Of a stretch of DNA of 64,000 nt, positions 19,673 through 30,732 are shown one piece after another (positions within the stretch are counted from its first letter, which is position 1; every line of letters begins with the position of its first letter). The position numbers and the translations under genes are program-made. The DNA comes from Clostridia bacterium (GTDB lineage Bacteria > Bacillota > Clostridia > UMGS1883 > UMGS1540): contig JAZSIR010000021.1 in NCBI GenBank assembly GCA_045533905.1, forward strand, positions 1 through 64,000, read 5' to 3'. The notes under the pieces are model-generated. The model saw only the letters and a program-made list of their open reading frames with translations, searched no databases and was not told where the DNA came from.

Positions 19673-21349
19673 CTATTTCTGCAGCTTTGCCATTTCGGCG
19701 TGGCGTCTGATTTTCTTGGTGGTTGTTTTTTCGAAGTCTTCCTCGTGCAAAACGACGCGGCTGACGCGCTTATAATTCTGCAGGCTGTTATTGACGCCTT
19801 CCACCGCCTCTTCAAGCGCCTTCTGCAGCGCTTCCTTCGTGTAGTTTTCACCGAGGAGGTTCTTCGCTTCCTCTGCGTCCGGCTGAATCATAACGGCTAC
19901 GAGCGTATCGCCGCCTGCCTGTTCGATGCCGTATACCATAGATTCCGCTACAATCGGGGCGCGGTTTAAGTACGTTTCAATTTCTTCGGGGAAGATATTC
20001 TTGCCGTTCTTTGTTACGATTACGTTTTTCTTTCTGCCGGTAATGTATACAAAGCCGTCTTTATCAATATAGCCGTAGTCGCCGGAGTAGAACCAGCCGT
20101 CGCGCATGACCTCTGCGGTTGCTGTCGGATTATTATAGTATCCCATCATGACGTTCTTACCGCGAATAACGATTTCGCCGATGCCGTTTTCATCTGCATC
20201 TTCAATCTTAACATCGACACCCGGAAGCGGGAGACCGGCTGCGGCATCACGATAATTGCAGTCACGGTTTAACGCCGCAATCGGAGCACATTCCGTAAGG
20301 CCATACCCTTGGATCGCTTCGATGCCGAAATCGCGAAGCCCTTCTGCCACCTTCGGGTCAATCGCCGCGGCGCCTGCAATGAGCATGCGGAGATGCCCGC
20401 CGAGTGTGTTATGAATTTCCTTGAAAATTTCGCGGCGTTTATCAATGCCGACTTTGAGGAGTGCACGGCTCAGTTTAATGCCGAGGCGAAGCTTCTTATC
20501 TCTGCCGCTCTTTTCTGCCTGCTTCCATACGCGGTTATACATTGTTTCGAGAAGTAGCGGCACGCCAAGCATCATCGTAGCTTTTGATTCTGCGAGGTTT
20601 TTCGTGATGTAGCGGAGGCCTTCGCTGTAAGCGATGGTACAGCCGCGATACAAAAGGCACAAAAAGCCGCAGGTACATTCGTATGTATGGTGCAAGGGGA
20701 GTACCGAAAGGAACACATCGTCTTTCCCGATAAACACCATTGAGCACATGCCCATGAGGTTTTCGGCAATATTTCTGTGGCAAAGCATAACGGCCTTTGC
20801 CGCAGAGGTGGTGCCGGAGGTAAAGAGAAGGATACGCATTTCCTCGGGGTCAATCGTAATATCCATATAATCGCGATTGCCTTCGGCGAGAAGCTTTCTT
20901 CCTTCTTCGATAAGTGCAGGTAAGTCTGTTTCCATATTGAATTTATTCGCAATCGGTGCATTTTCCATGACCTTTGCGTTCTTCGGCGAATAGAATACGG
21001 CGTCTACGCCTGCTGTTTCCACAAGCTGCAGAATTTCCGTTTCGGGAAGTTCTTTATCCATCGGCACGATGACACCTACGCCGCATACAACGGCCATATA
21101 GGAAACGGCCCATTCATAACGGTTTTCACCGATAACAGCAATCTTCTTGCCGAGGAAACCGCGATTTACGAGCGCGGTGCCGAGGGCGTACACATCGTCC
21201 CCGTATTCTTTGTAGGTAATCGGTGCGTAGGCACCGTCCTTCTTCACCAAAAATGCGGGCTTATCGGCGAATTTTTCGATGCTTTGGGTAAGCATATCTT
21301 TTATATCGCGAATTTGTGCAACTTCATAAAGTGGTCTTTTTGCATCCAT
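19673..21349 (-). CDS. Long-chain fatty acid--CoA ligase (AMP-binding)
   Basis: FTSGTT, QGYGLTE, GWFYSGD, GRKKNVIV; start re-called at ATG 21349. Confidence 0.9.
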   Translation of the reverse strand: MDAKRPLYEVAQIRDIKDMLTQSIEKFADKPAFLVKKDGAYAPITYKEYGDDVYALGTALVNRGFLGKKIAVIGENRYEWAVSYMAVVCGVGVIVPMDKELPETEILQLVETAGVDAVFYSPKNAKVMENAPIANKFNMETDLPALIEEGRKLLAEGNRDYMDITIDPEEMRILLFTSGTTSAAKAVMLCHRNIAENLMGMCSMVFIGKDDVFLSVLPLHHTYECTCGFLCLLYRGCTIAYSEGLRYITKNLAESKATMMLGVPLLLETMYNRVWKQAEKSGRDKKLRLGIKLSRALLKVGIDKRREIFKEIHNTLGGHLRMLIAGAAAIDPKVAEGLRDFGIEAIQGYGLTECAPIAALNRDCNYRDAAAGLPLPGVDVKIEDADENGIGEIVIRGKNVMMGYYNNPTATAEVMRDGWFYSGDYGYIDKDGFVYITGRKKNVIVTKNGKNIFPEEIETYLNRAPIVAESMVYGIEQAGGDTLVAVMIQPDAEEAKNLLGENYTKEALQKALEEAVEGVNNSLQNYKRVSRVVLHEEDFEKTTTKKIRRHAEMAKLQK

Positions 21350-21438
21350 AGTACAAGTCCCCCTTATCTGGTATTTTATACTAGTATAACACAAACTTCC
21401 AAAAAAAGCAACTTTTTTTGGAAGTTTGTTCTTATTTT

Positions 21439-23130
21439 TTATTTGTTTTTCATGTAATCTACATGGAGAAGCTCGTGTGCACGCTCCTTCGTCCATTTTT
21501 CATAGAAGGAAGTAATCACGGGATTGTATTCGGCGCGGCGGATGCTGAGAAGCTTATCGGTCTTATATAAGCCTTGGCTTCTGGCTTCCTTATCGCTTTC
21601 CGAGGCGAACGGCTGCCCGCCGCCGTTTACACAGCCGCCGGGGCAGGCCATGATTTCAATGAAGTCGATTTTTTCGCCGTTTCTAACGCGCATGAGAACA
21701 TCCTTGGCATTTCTAAGGCCGCTTACAACTACGATGTGCAGTTCACGGTCGCCATACGGCACCTTGAATTCCTTCACGCCTTCCGTGCCACGCTGGCCGC
21801 AGTTTTCAATCGTAATGAGTTCTGCACGCGTTTTACCGGAGGCTACGCGGCGCAAAACGGCTTCCGTAACGCCGCCGCTTGTACCGAAGATGATGCCGCC
21901 GCCCGAAACCATGCCGAGGGGCATATCAATCGCTTCCGGCTCGATGGATTCGAACATGATGCCGGCTTCTTTAATCATCGTGATAAGTTCCTGCGTGGTG
22001 ATAACGGCATCGACGTTCGGGGCGCCATTCTTCTTAAATTCTTCACGCACCGCTTCGAACTTTTTGCCGGTACACGGCATAACCGCAACATGGAACATCT
22101 TTTCGCCGTTCTTTTCGGCATCGTCCTTAAGTACAGATGCCATCATCTGCATCGGCGAACGGCAGGTGGAAACGTTCGGCAAAAATTCGGGGTACTTCTT
22201 CTCGCAGAACTGTACCCAGCCGGGGCAGCAGGATGTGATAAGCGGCAGGTTTTCGCCCTTTTCGATTTTTTCTAAAAACTCTGCGCTCTCTTCGATAACC
22301 GTAAGGTCCGCGCCGAGAGCCGTATCGTAAATTTCATCAAAACCGATGCGGCGAAGAGAAGCTACAATCTTGCCCATCACATCTTCGCCATCATGTGTGC
22401 CGAGTTCTTTCCCGAGTGCCACGCGGACAGCCGGTGCAATCTGCACGGTGGTTTTCACCTCGGAGTCGCTGATGGCACGCCATACGGGAGCAATGTTGTT
22501 TTTAACGACGATAGCACCCGTCGGGCACACGGCAACACACTGGCCGCAGCCTACGCAGGTAGTTTCCGCGAGGGGCTTGCCGAAGGCGGTGCTGATTACC
22601 ATATTAGAGCCGCGGTACGCAAAGTCGATCGCGCCAACGCTCTGGATTTCGTTACATACGCGCACGCAGTCGCCGCAAAGAATACACTTGCCGGCATCGC
22701 GTGCGATACATACTGAGGAGGTATCCTCGTCCTTTGTGGATTTCGCCGTATTCGGGAATCTGACGCCTTCAATGTTAAAGCGCATCGCAAGGTCCTGCAG
22801 TTTGCACTTGCTGTTGTTTTCACAGGTTGTACAGTCGCGGCAGTGGTTTGCAAGAAGAAGCTCCAGAATATTCTTTCTGTAGCGGCGAAGTCTTTCGGTG
22901 TTTGTTTTAATGTGCATACCGGCGCGCGGCGGTGTGGAGCATGCAGCCTCAAGGCCGCCCCATTCGTTTTCTACCATACACATACGGCAGGCACCATATA
23001 CGGAAAGTTCCGAGTGGTAGCAGAAGGTAGGCATTTTTACGCCTGTTTTGTTAATGAGCTCCAAAAGGTTCTTTTCGCCGTCAATTCTAACCGGGATTCC
23101 GTCTATTGTTACATACTGTTTTTCCTTCAT
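21439..23130 (-). CDS. hydA: [FeFe]-hydrogenase catalytic subunit (group A3 type)
   Basis: H-cluster motifs TSCCPGW, MPCTGKKFE, EIMACPGGCVNGGGQP, with N-terminal 2Fe-2S, His-ligated and 2x4Fe-4S motifs. Confidence 0.95.
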   Translation of the reverse strand: MKEKQYVTIDGIPVRIDGEKNLLELINKTGVKMPTFCYHSELSVYGACRMCMVENEWGGLEAACSTPPRAGMHIKTNTERLRRYRKNILELLLANHCRDCTTCENNSKCKLQDLAMRFNIEGVRFPNTAKSTKDEDTSSVCIARDAGKCILCGDCVRVCNEIQSVGAIDFAYRGSNMVISTAFGKPLAETTCVGCGQCVAVCPTGAIVVKNNIAPVWRAISDSEVKTTVQIAPAVRVALGKELGTHDGEDVMGKIVASLRRIGFDEIYDTALGADLTVIEESAEFLEKIEKGENLPLITSCCPGWVQFCEKKYPEFLPNVSTCRSPMQMMASVLKDDAEKNGEKMFHVAVMPCTGKKFEAVREEFKKNGAPNVDAVITTQELITMIKEAGIMFESIEPEAIDMPLGMVSGGGIIFGTSGGVTEAVLRRVASGKTRAELITIENCGQRGTEGVKEFKVPYGDRELHIVVVSGLRNAKDVLMRVRNGEKIDFIEIMACPGGCVNGGGQPFASESDKEARSQGLYKTDKLLSIRRAEYNPVITSFYEKWTKERAHELLHVDYMKNK

Positions 23131-23133
23131 TTT

Positions 23134-25014
23134 TTAACCCTCCGTAATTGCATGGAATGCACAAGCTTCAATACAGCTGCCGCAGCGAATACACTTGCCA
23201 AGGTCGATCGTGTGTGCTTCCTTCACCTTGCCGCTGATAGCACCTACAGGGCAAAGCCGCGCACATTTTGTACAGCCTTTGCAAAGGGCGGGGTCGATGG
23301 AGATGCGCTTAAGCTTCTGGCAGGCACCTGCAGGGCAGCGTTTTTCATGAATGTGTGCCTCGTACTCATCGCGGAAGTTCTGAATTGTGCTGACAACCGG
23401 AGAAGGTGCGCTCTTACCAAGACCGCAAAGGGCGGTTGCCGAAATCGTGTCGGCAAGCTCGAGAAGTAGCTCGATATCGCCGTCTTCCCCTTCGCCCGCT
23501 ACGATGCGTTCCAAAATGCCGAGCATACGCTTTGTACCTTCGCGGCAGGGTACGCACTTACCGCAGGATTCGTTCTGGGTGAAGTTCATGAAGAAGCGTG
23601 CAACCTCTACCATACACGTATTGGAATCCATAACTACCATCCCGCCGGAGCCGATCATGGCGCCCACTTTTTTGAGCGTGTCAAAATCGAGCGGAAGGTC
23701 GAGATGTTCTTTTGTAAGACAGGCACCGGAAGGGCCGCCGATCTGTACGGCTTTAAATTCGCCGTCGCCGCGCATGCCGCCGCCGATATCAAAAATGATT
23801 TCGCGAAGGGTTGTGCCCATCGGAACTTCGATAAGACCTGTATTCTTAATGTTACCGGTAAGTGCAAATGCTTTGGTGCCGGGGCTCTTCTCTGTGCCGA
23901 GGCCAAGGTACCAATCTGCGCCGCGCGTAATAATCTCGGCCACGTTTGCGTAGGTTTCTACGTTATTTAAAACGGTCGGCTTATCAAAAAGGCCGTGTTC
24001 CGTTGTGCGCGGCGGTTTTACGCGCGGGAAGCCGCGCTTACCTTCGATAGAAGCCGTAAGCGCACTGCCTTCGCCGCAAACAAATGCGCCGGCGCCGCGG
24101 CTGATGTGCATATGGAAGGAAAAATCGGTGCCGAGAATGTTATCGCCCAAAAGACCGATTTCCTCGGCTTCTTGTATAGCCCTGCGAAGTCTCTGTACAG
24201 CGAGCGGATACTCGGCGCGTACATAAATGTAGCCTTCCGAAGCGCCGCAGGCACAGCCTGCAATCATCATGCCTTCAATCATTCTGTGCGGGTCGCCTTC
24301 CATGATACTTCTGTCCATAAAGGCACCCGGGTCACCTTCGTCACCGTTACAAACAACATATTTCGGCGTGGCCGTCTGTCTCTTTACCTGTTCCCACTTT
24401 CTGCCTGCGGGGAAGCCGCCGCCGCCGCGTCCACGAAGGTTTGCTTTACTGATTTCGGAAACCACATCGTCCGGCGTCATATCAAAAAGTGCCTTTTCAA
24501 GTGCCGCATAGCCGCCGATGGCGATATATTCGCGGATGGAATCGGCATCCACTCTGCCGCAATGCTCTAAAACCACACGCGTCTGCTGTTTATAGAAAGG
24601 AATTTCACCCTGCTTTATGTACGGAACGCCATCTTTCTTGTAGGCGAGGCGTTCGATGTATTCGCCGCCTACGATTGTCTTTTCTACAATTTCTTCGCAG
24701 TCAGAAAGATTTACCTTTGTGTACAGCCAACCCTCGGGGTCAATACGAAGAAGCGGCCCCATTTCGCAAAAGCCGTGACAGCCGCTCTTCTTAAGACCGA
24801 TTTCTTCGCCGTGCGGATCCTTTTCAAGGGAAACGGAAACGGCAAGGCCTTTTTCCGCTATTCTCTTTTTAAGGTCTTCGTAAATTTCCAAAGACCCACC
24901 GGCAACACAGCCGGTACCGGCGCAAACGATAATCTTCTTCGTTTGCATCTCGTATGCTTTTTCTACGCCCTTGCGAAAGGCAATAAGATCTTCTCTCGAT
25001 TTAAGCATTTGCAA
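23134..25014 (-). CDS. hydB: NuoF-like diaphorase subunit of a bifurcating hydrogenase
   Basis: LRGRGGGGFP, NGDEGDPGAFMDR, ESCGKCVPCREG, C-terminal 2x4Fe-4S. Confidence 0.95.
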   Translation of the reverse strand: MQMLKSREDLIAFRKGVEKAYEMQTKKIIVCAGTGCVAGGSLEIYEDLKKRIAEKGLAVSVSLEKDPHGEEIGLKKSGCHGFCEMGPLLRIDPEGWLYTKVNLSDCEEIVEKTIVGGEYIERLAYKKDGVPYIKQGEIPFYKQQTRVVLEHCGRVDADSIREYIAIGGYAALEKALFDMTPDDVVSEISKANLRGRGGGGFPAGRKWEQVKRQTATPKYVVCNGDEGDPGAFMDRSIMEGDPHRMIEGMMIAGCACGASEGYIYVRAEYPLAVQRLRRAIQEAEEIGLLGDNILGTDFSFHMHISRGAGAFVCGEGSALTASIEGKRGFPRVKPPRTTEHGLFDKPTVLNNVETYANVAEIITRGADWYLGLGTEKSPGTKAFALTGNIKNTGLIEVPMGTTLREIIFDIGGGMRGDGEFKAVQIGGPSGACLTKEHLDLPLDFDTLKKVGAMIGSGGMVVMDSNTCMVEVARFFMNFTQNESCGKCVPCREGTKRMLGILERIVAGEGEDGDIELLLELADTISATALCGLGKSAPSPVVSTIQNFRDEYEAHIHEKRCPAGACQKLKRISIDPALCKGCTKCARLCPVGAISGKVKEAHTIDLGKCIRCGSCIEACAFHAITEG

Positions 25015-25486
25015 TCTCCTCCTTCAGCGTTTTTAAAAGTTCGGAGGCCTTGTCGGGTGTCATGGCCGAGTATACAACATCATTTACCGTAAGTACCGGT
25101 GCAAGACCGCAGGCACCGAGGCACGAAACGGTTTCGACCGTAAAGTTTAAGTCGTCCGTCGTCTTCTTCTTTTCGTCAAGACCGAGCTCTGCGCGAAGAC
25201 GCTCGAGAATCGGAATCGACTTACGTACGTGGCAGGCGGTGCCGTCACAAATCTTAATGATATATTTTCCCTTCGGCTCAAGGGAGAAGTTTTCATAGAA
25301 AGTCGCTACGCTGAAAATGCGGGCTTCACTCATGCCGAGCTCGCGCGCAAGGTAGGGGAAGATGTCGCGCGGCAGATAGTGATATTCTTCCTGAATATCC
25401 TGCAAAATGGCAATGATGGCCTGCGGATTCTTTTCGTAGCCGCAAATGATTTTTTCTACTGTTGTGAAATCAAATTGTTCGTTCAT
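25001..25486 (-). CDS. hydC: NuoE-like thioredoxin-fold 2Fe-2S subunit
   Basis: CDGTACH and CLGACGLAP. Confidence 0.93.
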   Translation of the reverse strand: MNEQFDFTTVEKIICGYEKNPQAIIAILQDIQEEYHYLPRDIFPYLARELGMSEARIFSVATFYENFSLEPKGKYIIKICDGTACHVRKSIPILERLRAELGLDEKKKTTDDLNFTVETVSCLGACGLAPVLTVNDVVYSAMTPDKASELLKTLKEEIANA

Positions 25487-26907
25487 TTTTCTCCTCCTTT
25501 TGTAGTTTGCAAGTACTTGTCGATTGCATCGGCCGCAGTTTTGCCTGCGCCCATGGCGGATATAACCGTAGCCGCGCCGGTTACGGCGTCACCGCCTGCA
25601 TATATACCCTCGCGCGAAGTAAGGCCATCTTCCCTTACCACAATGCCGCCGCGCGAATTTACCGAAAGTCCTTCGGTTGTGGATTTTATGAGGGGGTTCG
25701 GAGAAGTACCGATGGCGATGACCACCGTATCCACATCTATGGTGTATTCCGAGCCTTCTACCGGATGCGGCCGTCTTCTGCCCGCCTCGTCCGGCTCGCC
25801 AAGTTCCATTTTAATACAGCGGATGCCGCATACAAAGCCGTTCTTTTCATCGCGCGGGTCATCGGGATTCTGATAGCCCAGAATTTCCACGGGATTCTGG
25901 AGAAGACGGAACTCGATTCCCTCTTCCTCGGCATGTTCTACTTCTTCGCGTCTCGCTGGAAGCTCTTCCATGGAGCGGCGGTACACAATATATACTTTTT
26001 CCGCCCCGAGGCGAAGCGCCGTTCTTGCCGCGTCCATCGCAACGTTGCCGCCGCCGACAACTGCCACACGCCCGCCCTTCATAATCGGCGTTGTAGAGTC
26101 CTCTCTGTACGCCTTCATGAGATTGCTGCGTGTTAAGAATTCGTTCGCGGAATACACGCCCTTTAAGGATTCACCGGGAATACCCATAAAGTTCGGAAGC
26201 CCTGCGCCCGAGCCGATAAACACAGCTTCAAAGCCAAGGTCGAAAAGCTCATCTATCGTTAAAGTTTTGCCGATAACCACGTTCGTCTCTACCGAAACGC
26301 CAAGAGCCTCTAGCGTTTCCACTTCTTTTTGTACAATGGACTTCGGCAGTCGGAATTCCGGAATGCCGTACACCAGAACGCCGCCGGCGGTGTGGAGTGC
26401 TTCATATACCGTTACGGCATAGCCGCGCTTCGCGAGATCGCCTGCGCAGGTAAGACCTGCAGGGCCTGCGCCCACGACGGCCACCTTGTGTCCGTTCGAC
26501 GCGGGCTTTTCCGGCTTTTCTTTTGCGTTTTCATTGTGCCAGTCGGCTACAAAGCGCTCGAGACGCCCGATACCTACCGGCTCGAACTTTACGCCGAGCG
26601 TACACTTTGCTTCGCACTGCGTTTCCTGGGGGCATACGCGCCCGCAAACGGCAGGCAGGGAAGACGATTTTGTGATTTCCTGATATGCACCTTCAAAATC
26701 ACCGTTTTTGATATGGGCAATAAACTCGGGAATGTGAATGTTTACGGGGCAACCGGAAACACACGGCTGGTTTTTACAGTTGATGCAACGCTCTGCCTCC
26801 CCGATTGCCATTTCGGCTGTGTACCCGAGCGCTACTTCGTCAAAATTATGTGCGCGCACCTCGGGCGCCTGGGTGGGCATTTCGTGCTTTTTAGGAATGA
26901 TGGCCAT
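25483..26907 (-). CDS. nfnB: NADH-dependent reduced ferredoxin:NADP+ oxidoreductase large subunit (GltD-like)
   Basis: RCINCKNQPCVSGCP, CGRVCPQETQCE, GAGPAG, GGGNVAMD, YRRS; start re-called at ATG 26907 (TAATG overlap). Confidence 0.9.
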   Translation of the reverse strand: MAIIPKKHEMPTQAPEVRAHNFDEVALGYTAEMAIGEAERCINCKNQPCVSGCPVNIHIPEFIAHIKNGDFEGAYQEITKSSSLPAVCGRVCPQETQCEAKCTLGVKFEPVGIGRLERFVADWHNENAKEKPEKPASNGHKVAVVGAGPAGLTCAGDLAKRGYAVTVYEALHTAGGVLVYGIPEFRLPKSIVQKEVETLEALGVSVETNVVIGKTLTIDELFDLGFEAVFIGSGAGLPNFMGIPGESLKGVYSANEFLTRSNLMKAYREDSTTPIMKGGRVAVVGGGNVAMDAARTALRLGAEKVYIVYRRSMEELPARREEVEHAEEEGIEFRLLQNPVEILGYQNPDDPRDEKNGFVCGIRCIKMELGEPDEAGRRRPHPVEGSEYTIDVDTVVIAIGTSPNPLIKSTTEGLSVNSRGGIVVREDGLTSREGIYAGGDAVTGAATVISAMGAGKTAADAIDKYLQTTKGGEK

Positions 26908-27770
26908 TAGTTTCCGCCTCCTTCCTGTGCTTTGAACAGGTTGCAAGTTTTTTCATAGGCGTGCCGCTCAAATGCGCCGTACATGCGCGAGCGGGACATG
27001 GCCTCGTCAAAGTCAATTTCGTACGCGTTAAATTCAGGCCCGTCTACACAGGCGAATTTTGTAACGGTTTTTCCGTCCTCCAGGAGCGTAAGGCGACAAC
27101 CGCCGCACATGCCTGTACCATCAATCATAATCGGGTTCATGGAAGCCGTCATGGGTACGCCGTACGGTTTTGCCGTAAGCGTTACGAATTTCATCATAAT
27201 AAGCGGCCCGATGGTGATAATCATATCAAACTTTTCGCCGCCTTCGAGCATTTCGGAAAGCGGAGCCGTAACGTTGCCGGCGCGGCCATAGGAGCCGTCA
27301 TCCGTCATCATCACAAAATTGTCGGAGCACGTGCGAAACTCGTCTTCCAAAATTACAAGATCACGACTACGGAAGCCTACAATGCTTGTAACGTGTGCAC
27401 CGAGGCGGTGAAATTCTTCCGCCACGGGAAGCGCAATGGCGCAGCCCACGCCGCCGCCGACGATGCAGACCTTTGATATGCCTTCAGTATGTGTAGCACG
27501 GCCTAAGGGGCCTACGAAATCGGAAATCGATTCGCCTTCCTTCTTTTCGCCGAGCGCACGCGTGGTGCCGCCCACAATCTGGAAAATAATTTTAACTGTA
27601 CCTTCTTCGGGGTTTGTGCCTGCGACAGTAAGCGGAATACGCTCACCCTCGCCATCTACGCGCAAAATGATAAACTGCCCCGGCTTTGCCTTTGCGGCTA
27701 CAAGCGGCGCTAAAATTTCCATCTGCACGACGGTAGGGTTCAAACTCTTTTTGTGAACAATCTTATACAT
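26907..27770 (-). CDS. nfnA: Nfn small subunit
   Basis: PGQF, GERIPLT, GGGVG, DGTGMCGGCR...ACVDGPEF; start re-called at ATG 27770 behind GGGAGG. Confidence 0.9.
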   Translation of the reverse strand: MYKIVHKKSLNPTVVQMEILAPLVAAKAKPGQFIILRVDGEGERIPLTVAGTNPEEGTVKIIFQIVGGTTRALGEKKEGESISDFVGPLGRATHTEGISKVCIVGGGVGCAIALPVAEEFHRLGAHVTSIVGFRSRDLVILEDEFRTCSDNFVMMTDDGSYGRAGNVTAPLSEMLEGGEKFDMIITIGPLIMMKFVTLTAKPYGVPMTASMNPIMIDGTGMCGGCRLTLLEDGKTVTKFACVDGPEFNAYEIDFDEAMSRSRMYGAFERHAYEKTCNLFKAQEGGGN

Positions 27771-27853
27771 GTCTTTCCCTCCCTGCATTTATTCCGCATA
27801 TAGTATAGCGTAAAACCTCTACTTTGTCCAGAGAAAAAGCAGTTTTTTGGTTT

Positions 27854-30691
27854 TTACTTTTTCCATTCCCCGTATAAAACACGGGATAAAAACTGCCCTG
27901 TATAAGACTTCGGATTTTGTGCCACTTCCTCGGGCGTACCCGAGGCGATAAGCTCACCGCCGCCGTCGCCGCCTTCGGGCCCCATATCGAGAATATAGTC
28001 TGCCGTTTTGATAACGTCGAGATTATGTTCGATAACAATTACGGTGTTGCCGCCCTCTACAAGCCGCCCGAGTAAATCTACCAAGCGATGGACGTCTGCC
28101 ATATGAAGGCCTGTTGTCGGCTCGTCCAGAATATACACCGTTTTGCCGGTGCTTCTTTTGGAAAGCTCTGTGGCAAGCTTCACGCGTTGCGCCTCGCCGC
28201 CCGAAAGTAGCGTGGACGGCTGCCCGAGCTTAATATAGCCGAGCCCTACATCGTAAAGCGTTTGGAGTTTTCGGCGGATGCGCGGATGGTTTTCGAAAAA
28301 TTCGAGTGCCTCCTCCACCGTCATATCGAGGACTTCGAAAATGTTTTTGCCTTTATAGGTAACCTCCAGCGTTTCGCGGTTATAGCGTTTGCCGTGGCAC
28401 ACCTCGCACGGAACGTATACGTCCGGCAAAAAGTGCATTTCGATTTTGATGATCCCGTCCCCCGCGCAGGCCTCGCACCTTCCGCCTTTTACGTTAAAGC
28501 TGAAGCGCCCTGCGCCGTAACCGCGCGCCTTGGCTTCGTTTGCACCTGCAAAAATAGACCGAATATCCGTAAAAAGACCTGTGTATGTGGCAGGATTTGA
28601 ACGCGGCGTTTTGCCGATGGGTGACTGGTCAATTGCAATAACCTTGTCAAGATGCTCCATGCCGAGAATTTCGTCATGCGCGCCTGGGATGAGGTGTGCG
28701 CGATTGAGTTCTTTCGCGAGTGATTTATACAAAATTTCATTTACAAACGAGCTTTTGCCCGAGCCGGACACACCCGTCACACACACAAGCATACCGAGCG
28801 GCACGGAGATATCCACATTTTTGAGGTTGTTCTGCCGCGCGCCGCGCACCGTAAGATACCGTCCGTCCGGCTTTCTTCTTTCTGCGGGTACAGGGATTTT
28901 CTTTTTGCCCGAGAGATAAAGTCCCGTCTCGGAAGCAGGATTTGCCTTGATTTCCTCGACAGTCCCCTCCGCCACAATGCGACCGCCGTGCACGCCTGCA
29001 CCGGGGCCGATATCCACAATATGGTCGGCTTCGTACATCGTTTCCTCATCGTGTTCTACCACGATTAAGGTGTTGCCCATGTCGCGCAGATTTTTAAGGG
29101 CCGTTAAAAGCTTTTGGTTGTCTCTCTGATGGAGACCGATGCTCGGCTCGTCCAGAATATACAAAACGCCCATAAGACCGGAGCCGATTTGCGTGGCAAG
29201 GCGAATGCGCTGTGCTTCGCCGCCCGAAAGCGTGCCTGCCGCGCGCGAGAGCGTAAGGTACGAAAGCCCCACATTCTGCAAAAAGCCAAGACGGGCGCGG
29301 ATTTCCTTTAAAATCTGCACCGCAATGGCGCTATCCTTTTCGGAAAGCTGGAGGCTATCAAAAAATTGCAGCGTTTTTTCTACGGAAAGGTCGGTAAGCT
29401 CTTTGATGTTGAGTCCGCCCACCGTAACGGCGAGAATTTCAGGACGAAGGCGTGCACCGTGGCAGGCGTCGCAATGCGTCTCCTGCATGTACCCTTCAAG
29501 TTCGCTCTTTACCCAGTCGGAATTCGTTTCGCGGTAGCGTCTTTCAAGGTTCGGGATAATGCCCTCGTACGTAGTAACAAACTTGCCGCTGCCGTAGGAG
29601 CGTTCATAGTTAAATTCAATTTTTTCCTCGCCCGTGCCGTAGAGAAGGATGTTCAAAATCTCCGGTGGGAGTTCACAAACGGGCGTATCGAGGCTGAAGC
29701 CGTAGTGCTTCGCAAGACCGCGAAAATGCATCATCGCCATACTGCCGTTATCGAGCGTTGCCCACCCGCTTGCCGAAAAAGCGCCTTCATTTATAGACTT
29801 TTCGGGGTTACACAGTACAAGGTCCTTATCGATTTTCTTTAAGAAGCCGAGACCGAGACACGCGGGACACGCCCCGAAGGGACTGTTAAATGAAAACGAG
29901 CGCGGCTGGAGCTCCTCGATGTTAATGCCGCAGTCGTGGCATGCATAGTTTTGGCTGAACGTTATCGCTTCCCCGTCCACCACCTGCACGGTGCAAAGCC
30001 CGTCGGCAAGAGACAGCGCCGTCTCGAGCGAATCGGCAAGGCGCGTATGGATATCGGGGCGAATCACAAGGCGGTCCACCACGATTTCAATAGTGTGCTT
30101 TTTCTTTTTGTCGAGCGCGAATTCTTCGTCGAGTTCGTGCATTTCGCCATCCACGCGCACGCGAACATAGCCATTTTTACGTGCCGATTGGAATACTTTT
30201 TGATGCTCGCCCTTTTTGCCGCGAATAACGGGGGCAAGGAGAAGCACCTTCGTGCCCTCTTCCATCGAAAGCACGGCGTCTACCATCTGGTCAATCGTCT
30301 GTTTTTTAATTTCCTTGCCGCATTTGGGGCAATGCGGCACGCCAATTCTGGCATACAAAAGGCGGAGATAGTCATAAATCTCCGTCACCGTACCCACGGT
30401 GGATCGTGGGTTTTTGCTCGTTGTTTTCTGGTCGATAGAAATTGCGGGCGAAAGCCCTTCGATGTATTCTACATCCGGCTTTTCCATCTGCCCCAAAAAC
30501 TGACGGGCATACGAGGAAAGGCTTTCCACATATCTTCTTTGCCCTTCGGCGTAAATCGTATCGAAAGCGAGCGACGTTTTGCCGCTCCCCGAAAGACCCG
30601 TAAAGACAATAAGCTTATCTCTCGGAATTGTAATATCTATATTTTTAAGATTGTTCGCGCGTGCACCGCGAATGATAATTTTATCCTGCAT
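27854..30691 (-). CDS. uvrA: Excinuclease ABC subunit A
   Basis: Two ABC ATPase modules ([24 protein letters not shown] twice) and zinc fingers. Confidence 0.98.
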   Translation of the reverse strand: MQDKIIIRGARANNLKNIDITIPRDKLIVFTGLSGSGKTSLAFDTIYAEGQRRYVESLSSYARQFLGQMEKPDVEYIEGLSPAISIDQKTTSKNPRSTVGTVTEIYDYLRLLYARIGVPHCPKCGKEIKKQTIDQMVDAVLSMEEGTKVLLLAPVIRGKKGEHQKVFQSARKNGYVRVRVDGEMHELDEEFALDKKKKHTIEIVVDRLVIRPDIHTRLADSLETALSLADGLCTVQVVDGEAITFSQNYACHDCGINIEELQPRSFSFNSPFGACPACLGLGFLKKIDKDLVLCNPEKSINEGAFSASGWATLDNGSMAMMHFRGLAKHYGFSLDTPVCELPPEILNILLYGTGEEKIEFNYERSYGSGKFVTTYEGIIPNLERRYRETNSDWVKSELEGYMQETHCDACHGARLRPEILAVTVGGLNIKELTDLSVEKTLQFFDSLQLSEKDSAIAVQILKEIRARLGFLQNVGLSYLTLSRAAGTLSGGEAQRIRLATQIGSGLMGVLYILDEPSIGLHQRDNQKLLTALKNLRDMGNTLIVVEHDEETMYEADHIVDIGPGAGVHGGRIVAEGTVEEIKANPASETGLYLSGKKKIPVPAERRKPDGRYLTVRGARQNNLKNVDISVPLGMLVCVTGVSGSGKSSFVNEILYKSLAKELNRAHLIPGAHDEILGMEHLDKVIAIDQSPIGKTPRSNPATYTGLFTDIRSIFAGANEAKARGYGAGRFSFNVKGGRCEACAGDGIIKIEMHFLPDVYVPCEVCHGKRYNRETLEVTYKGKNIFEVLDMTVEEALEFFENHPRIRRKLQTLYDVGLGYIKLGQPSTLLSGGEAQRVKLATELSKRSTGKTVYILDEPTTGLHMADVHRLVDLLGRLVEGGNTVIVIEHNLDVIKTADYILDMGPEGGDGGGELIASGTPEEVAQNPKSYTGQFLSRVLYGEWKK

Positions 30692-30732
30692 ACTTTTCTC
30701 CTTTGCAGTTTGTTTCCCCGTTTTTTGCCGCT

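Noticed and set aside
27740-27850. Rex operator for the nfn-hyd operon
   Set aside because: Only a TTGTGAA half-site inside nfnA, without a matching inverted half.
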